From contig JBAXQC010000002.1 in assembly GCA_037131955.1 (NCBI GenBank), positions 16,689-80,688 of the forward strand: a stretch of DNA of 64,000 nt. Direction: 5' to 3'. The notes below the pieces were generated by a model. That model was not told the DNA's origin. It did not search any database and saw nothing but the letters and a program-made list of their open reading frames with translations. Below, in pieces: positions 62,062 through 64,000 of the stretch. This DNA comes from Bacteroidota bacterium. GTDB taxonomy: Bacteria; Bacteroidota; Bacteroidia; UBA4408. Made by a program: the position numbers and the translations under genes. How positions within the stretch are numbered: the first letter of the stretch is position 1; every line of letters begins with the position of its first letter.

Positions 62062-63283
62062 TTATTTTTTCAGTTTTTTTTAAGCTTCTAAATCCAAATA
62101 AACAAAGAATGCTTATAACTATCAATACATAAAACATGGCATTAAAGCCATAGTTATCTGCAATACCTAAACCCACAGACGGGGCTGCAATATTAGCAAT
62201 TCCATAAGCTATAGAATACAATGCAGAATATTGTCCTTGGCGTTCTTTAGGTGGTTTAGACAAAGCGTAATTCATCATAAACGGCATGGCAAATATCTCA
62301 GAAAGGGTAATAACAATGGTATAAACAACTGCCCATATAAGCATTCCTTTTCCAACTAATAAAAACAAAAAACACAAGGGCAAACACCAAACTCCCCAAA
62401 TAATAAACTTAAAATTTTGATTCTTTTTCTCCAGTATTCCCACAATTGGCATTTCAACTAAAACTACCAATAAACCGTTAAAGGCCATGAGCAAACCAAT
62501 TAAATCTTCTCCGTAGCCTAGCTCTCTGCTAAAAAACTGCGGTACACTTGCAAAAATCTGAAAGAAAATTATTCCATATATGGCCACAAAAAAAATAAAT
62601 TTTAAGTACTCTGTGTCTCTGTAGGCCGACTTACTTTTTACCTTTGTTTCATCTTTCTTTCTCTCTTGGTGCAAAGAATTTGTTTTAGGCAATACAAAAA
62701 ACAACATAATGCCTGCACAAATGCTGGTAACAGCATCTATCACAAACAACAAATGGTATCCTAAATGCAGAGCAACAAAACCGCCCACAGCAGGGCCAAC
62801 GGAAAAGCCTAGATTTACTGCCAATCGTACCAAAGAAAATGAACGAGTTCTGTTGGCAGAATTGCTAAAGGTAGCAATTGCAGTTGAATTTGCTGGCCTA
62901 AATACATCCGCAACCAGTGCGTAAAAAAATACAATGGCAGAAATTTCTATAGCTGTTTTGCCAACAATCATCAGCAAAAGAATTAATCCACTTATAACTT
63001 GAGAAAAAACCAATAAATAAAAAAAGTTTATTCTATCTGTTAGCCATCCTCCCAAGTAACTGCCAATAATACTGCCTATACCATACATACTCATTATTAA
63101 ACCGGCTTGCGAGATAGAAAAATGCAATTCTTTGGTAAGGTACAAAGAGGTAAATAACAGTACCATTGAACCACTTCTATTGATGAAACTGGCAAAAGAA
63201 AGTATCCAAATGTTTTTTTCTAAATTAGAAAATGAAGATTTATAGAGAGAAATTAAATTCAACAAAATTTTATTGGATTGCAA
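62054..63283 (-). CDS. MFS transporter
   Basis: 409 aa with 12 TM helices and MFS motif A-like loops. Confidence 0.85.
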   Translation of the reverse strand: MQSNKILLNLISLYKSSFSNLEKNIWILSFASFINRSGSMVLLFTSLYLTKELHFSISQAGLIMSMYGIGSIIGSYLGGWLTDRINFFYLLVFSQVISGLILLLMIVGKTAIEISAIVFFYALVADVFRPANSTAIATFSNSANRTRSFSLVRLAVNLGFSVGPAVGGFVALHLGYHLLFVIDAVTSICAGIMLFFVLPKTNSLHQERKKDETKVKSKSAYRDTEYLKFIFFVAIYGIIFFQIFASVPQFFSRELGYGEDLIGLLMAFNGLLVVLVEMPIVGILEKKNQNFKFIIWGVWCLPLCFLFLLVGKGMLIWAVVYTIVITLSEIFAMPFMMNYALSKPPKERQGQYSALYSIAYGIANIAAPSVGLGIADNYGFNAMFYVLIVISILCLFGFRSLKKTEKIIS

Positions 63284-63346
63284 AAATAGAATTATTTAGC
63301 GTTTTCATAAAACTTGTACATTTAACTTTTTAAATTTTAAAACTGC

Positions 63347-64000
63347 ATGAAAATCTCAAAATTATACCTTTCAATTTTTTTGTTCATCCTTGCCTTTTCT
63401 ACTGCAAATTCTCAGGAAGTAACAGAAGAGTGGATAAAAGAAAATTACATAAAAAAGGAAGTGTTAGTGCCAATGAGAGACGGCACAAAATTATTCACAG
63501 CCATTTATTCTCCCAAAAGCACTGTAGAAAAACATCCATTTTTAATGATGAGAACACCCTATTCTTGTGCTCCTTATGGCGAAGACAAAATATGGGGAAG
63601 GCTCTACCAATATTATTACAAGGAGTATTTAAAACAAGGATACATTTTTGTGATTCAAGATGTAAGAGGAAGATGGATGAGTGAAGGAAAATTTGAAGAT
63701 GTTAGACCTTTTTTAGAAAATAAATCTAAACCTAATGACATAGACGAAGCCAGTGATACTTATGATACTGTGGATTGGCTATTAAAAAATGTAGAAAATA
63801 ACAATGGAAAAGTAGGAGTATTTGGCGTTTCTTACCCTGGGTTTTATGCCACCATGGCTGCTGCAAGTGCTCATCCAGCAGTAAAAGCTGTTAGTCCGCA
63901 GGCACCCGTTACGGATTGGTTCATGGGCGATGATTTTCACCACAACGGTGCATGTATGCTTTGGGACGGATTTAATTTTTATTCCACCTTTGGACAGCCA
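63347..64000 (+). CDS. CocE/NonD-family (S15) hydrolase / Xaa-Pro dipeptidyl-peptidase-like, N-terminal part; runs off the window end
   Basis: From ATG 63347 the frame is open to the window end: MKISKLYLSIFLFILAFSTANSQ...VPMRDGTKLFTAIYSP...GVFGVSYPGFYATMAA, which contains the GxSYxG nucleophile motif. The ORF track's 63430-63684 frame is rejected in favour of this one. Confidence 0.7.
   Translation, partial: MKISKLYLSIFLFILAFSTANSQEVTEEWIKENYIKKEVLVPMRDGTKLFTAIYSPKSTVEKHPFLMMRTPYSCAPYGEDKIWGRLYQYYYKEYLKQGYIFVIQDVRGRWMSEGKFEDVRPFLENKSKPNDIDEASDTYDTVDWLLKNVENNNGKVGVFGVSYPGFYATMAAASAHPAVKAVSPQAPVTDWFMGDDFHHNGACMLWDGFNFYSTFGQP

Noticed and set aside
63430-63684. 84-aa + strand ORF near the window end
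   Set aside because: An overlapping frame starting at ATG 63347 and open to the window end encodes a clear CocE/NonD-type hydrolase with a GxSYxG motif. The 84-aa frame is spurious.

Overview
This is a low-GC (about 30%) chromosomal segment from a Bacteroidota genome, probably Flavobacteriia-like. Evidence: four secreted proteins carry type IX secretion (T9SS) C-terminal sorting domains, the promoter upstream of the small RNA has the Bacteroidetes layout (-33 TTTG, -7 TAnnTTTG), and several proteins resemble Bacteroidetes-specific DUF families. Most of the window is housekeeping: nadC, ligA, dapA, ftsY, ribH, LptF/G, PlsC, an MsbA-like ABC exporter, an S9 peptidase and a cytochrome c peroxidase. 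I found no tRNA, rRNA, CRISPR array or obvious mobile element.

Elements the ORF track does not explain:
- A likely 4.5S SRP RNA (ffs) with its own promoter, at 12458-12598 on the + strand.
- A strong cobalamin riboswitch at about 54085-54215 on the - strand. It heads a btuB-like TonB receptor, a DUF4465/T9SS protein and a beta-propeller lipoprotein.
- A heavy-metal RND pump ORF of 1445 aa in which the CzcA permease is fused in frame to its TolC-like outer-membrane factor. The junction sits on an A7 homopolymer.
- A vapBC-like toxin-antitoxin pair whose PIN toxin is broken by a 1-nt frameshift.
- A three-copy 25-nt direct repeat with a hairpin in a convergent intergenic region.

Other notable content:
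- An ECF sigma / anti-sigma / periplasmic protein / outer-membrane protein module.
- An MBOAT O-acyltransferase with two SGNH-like partner proteins.
- A Kazal-type inhibitor-domain protein that carries a T9SS sorting domain.
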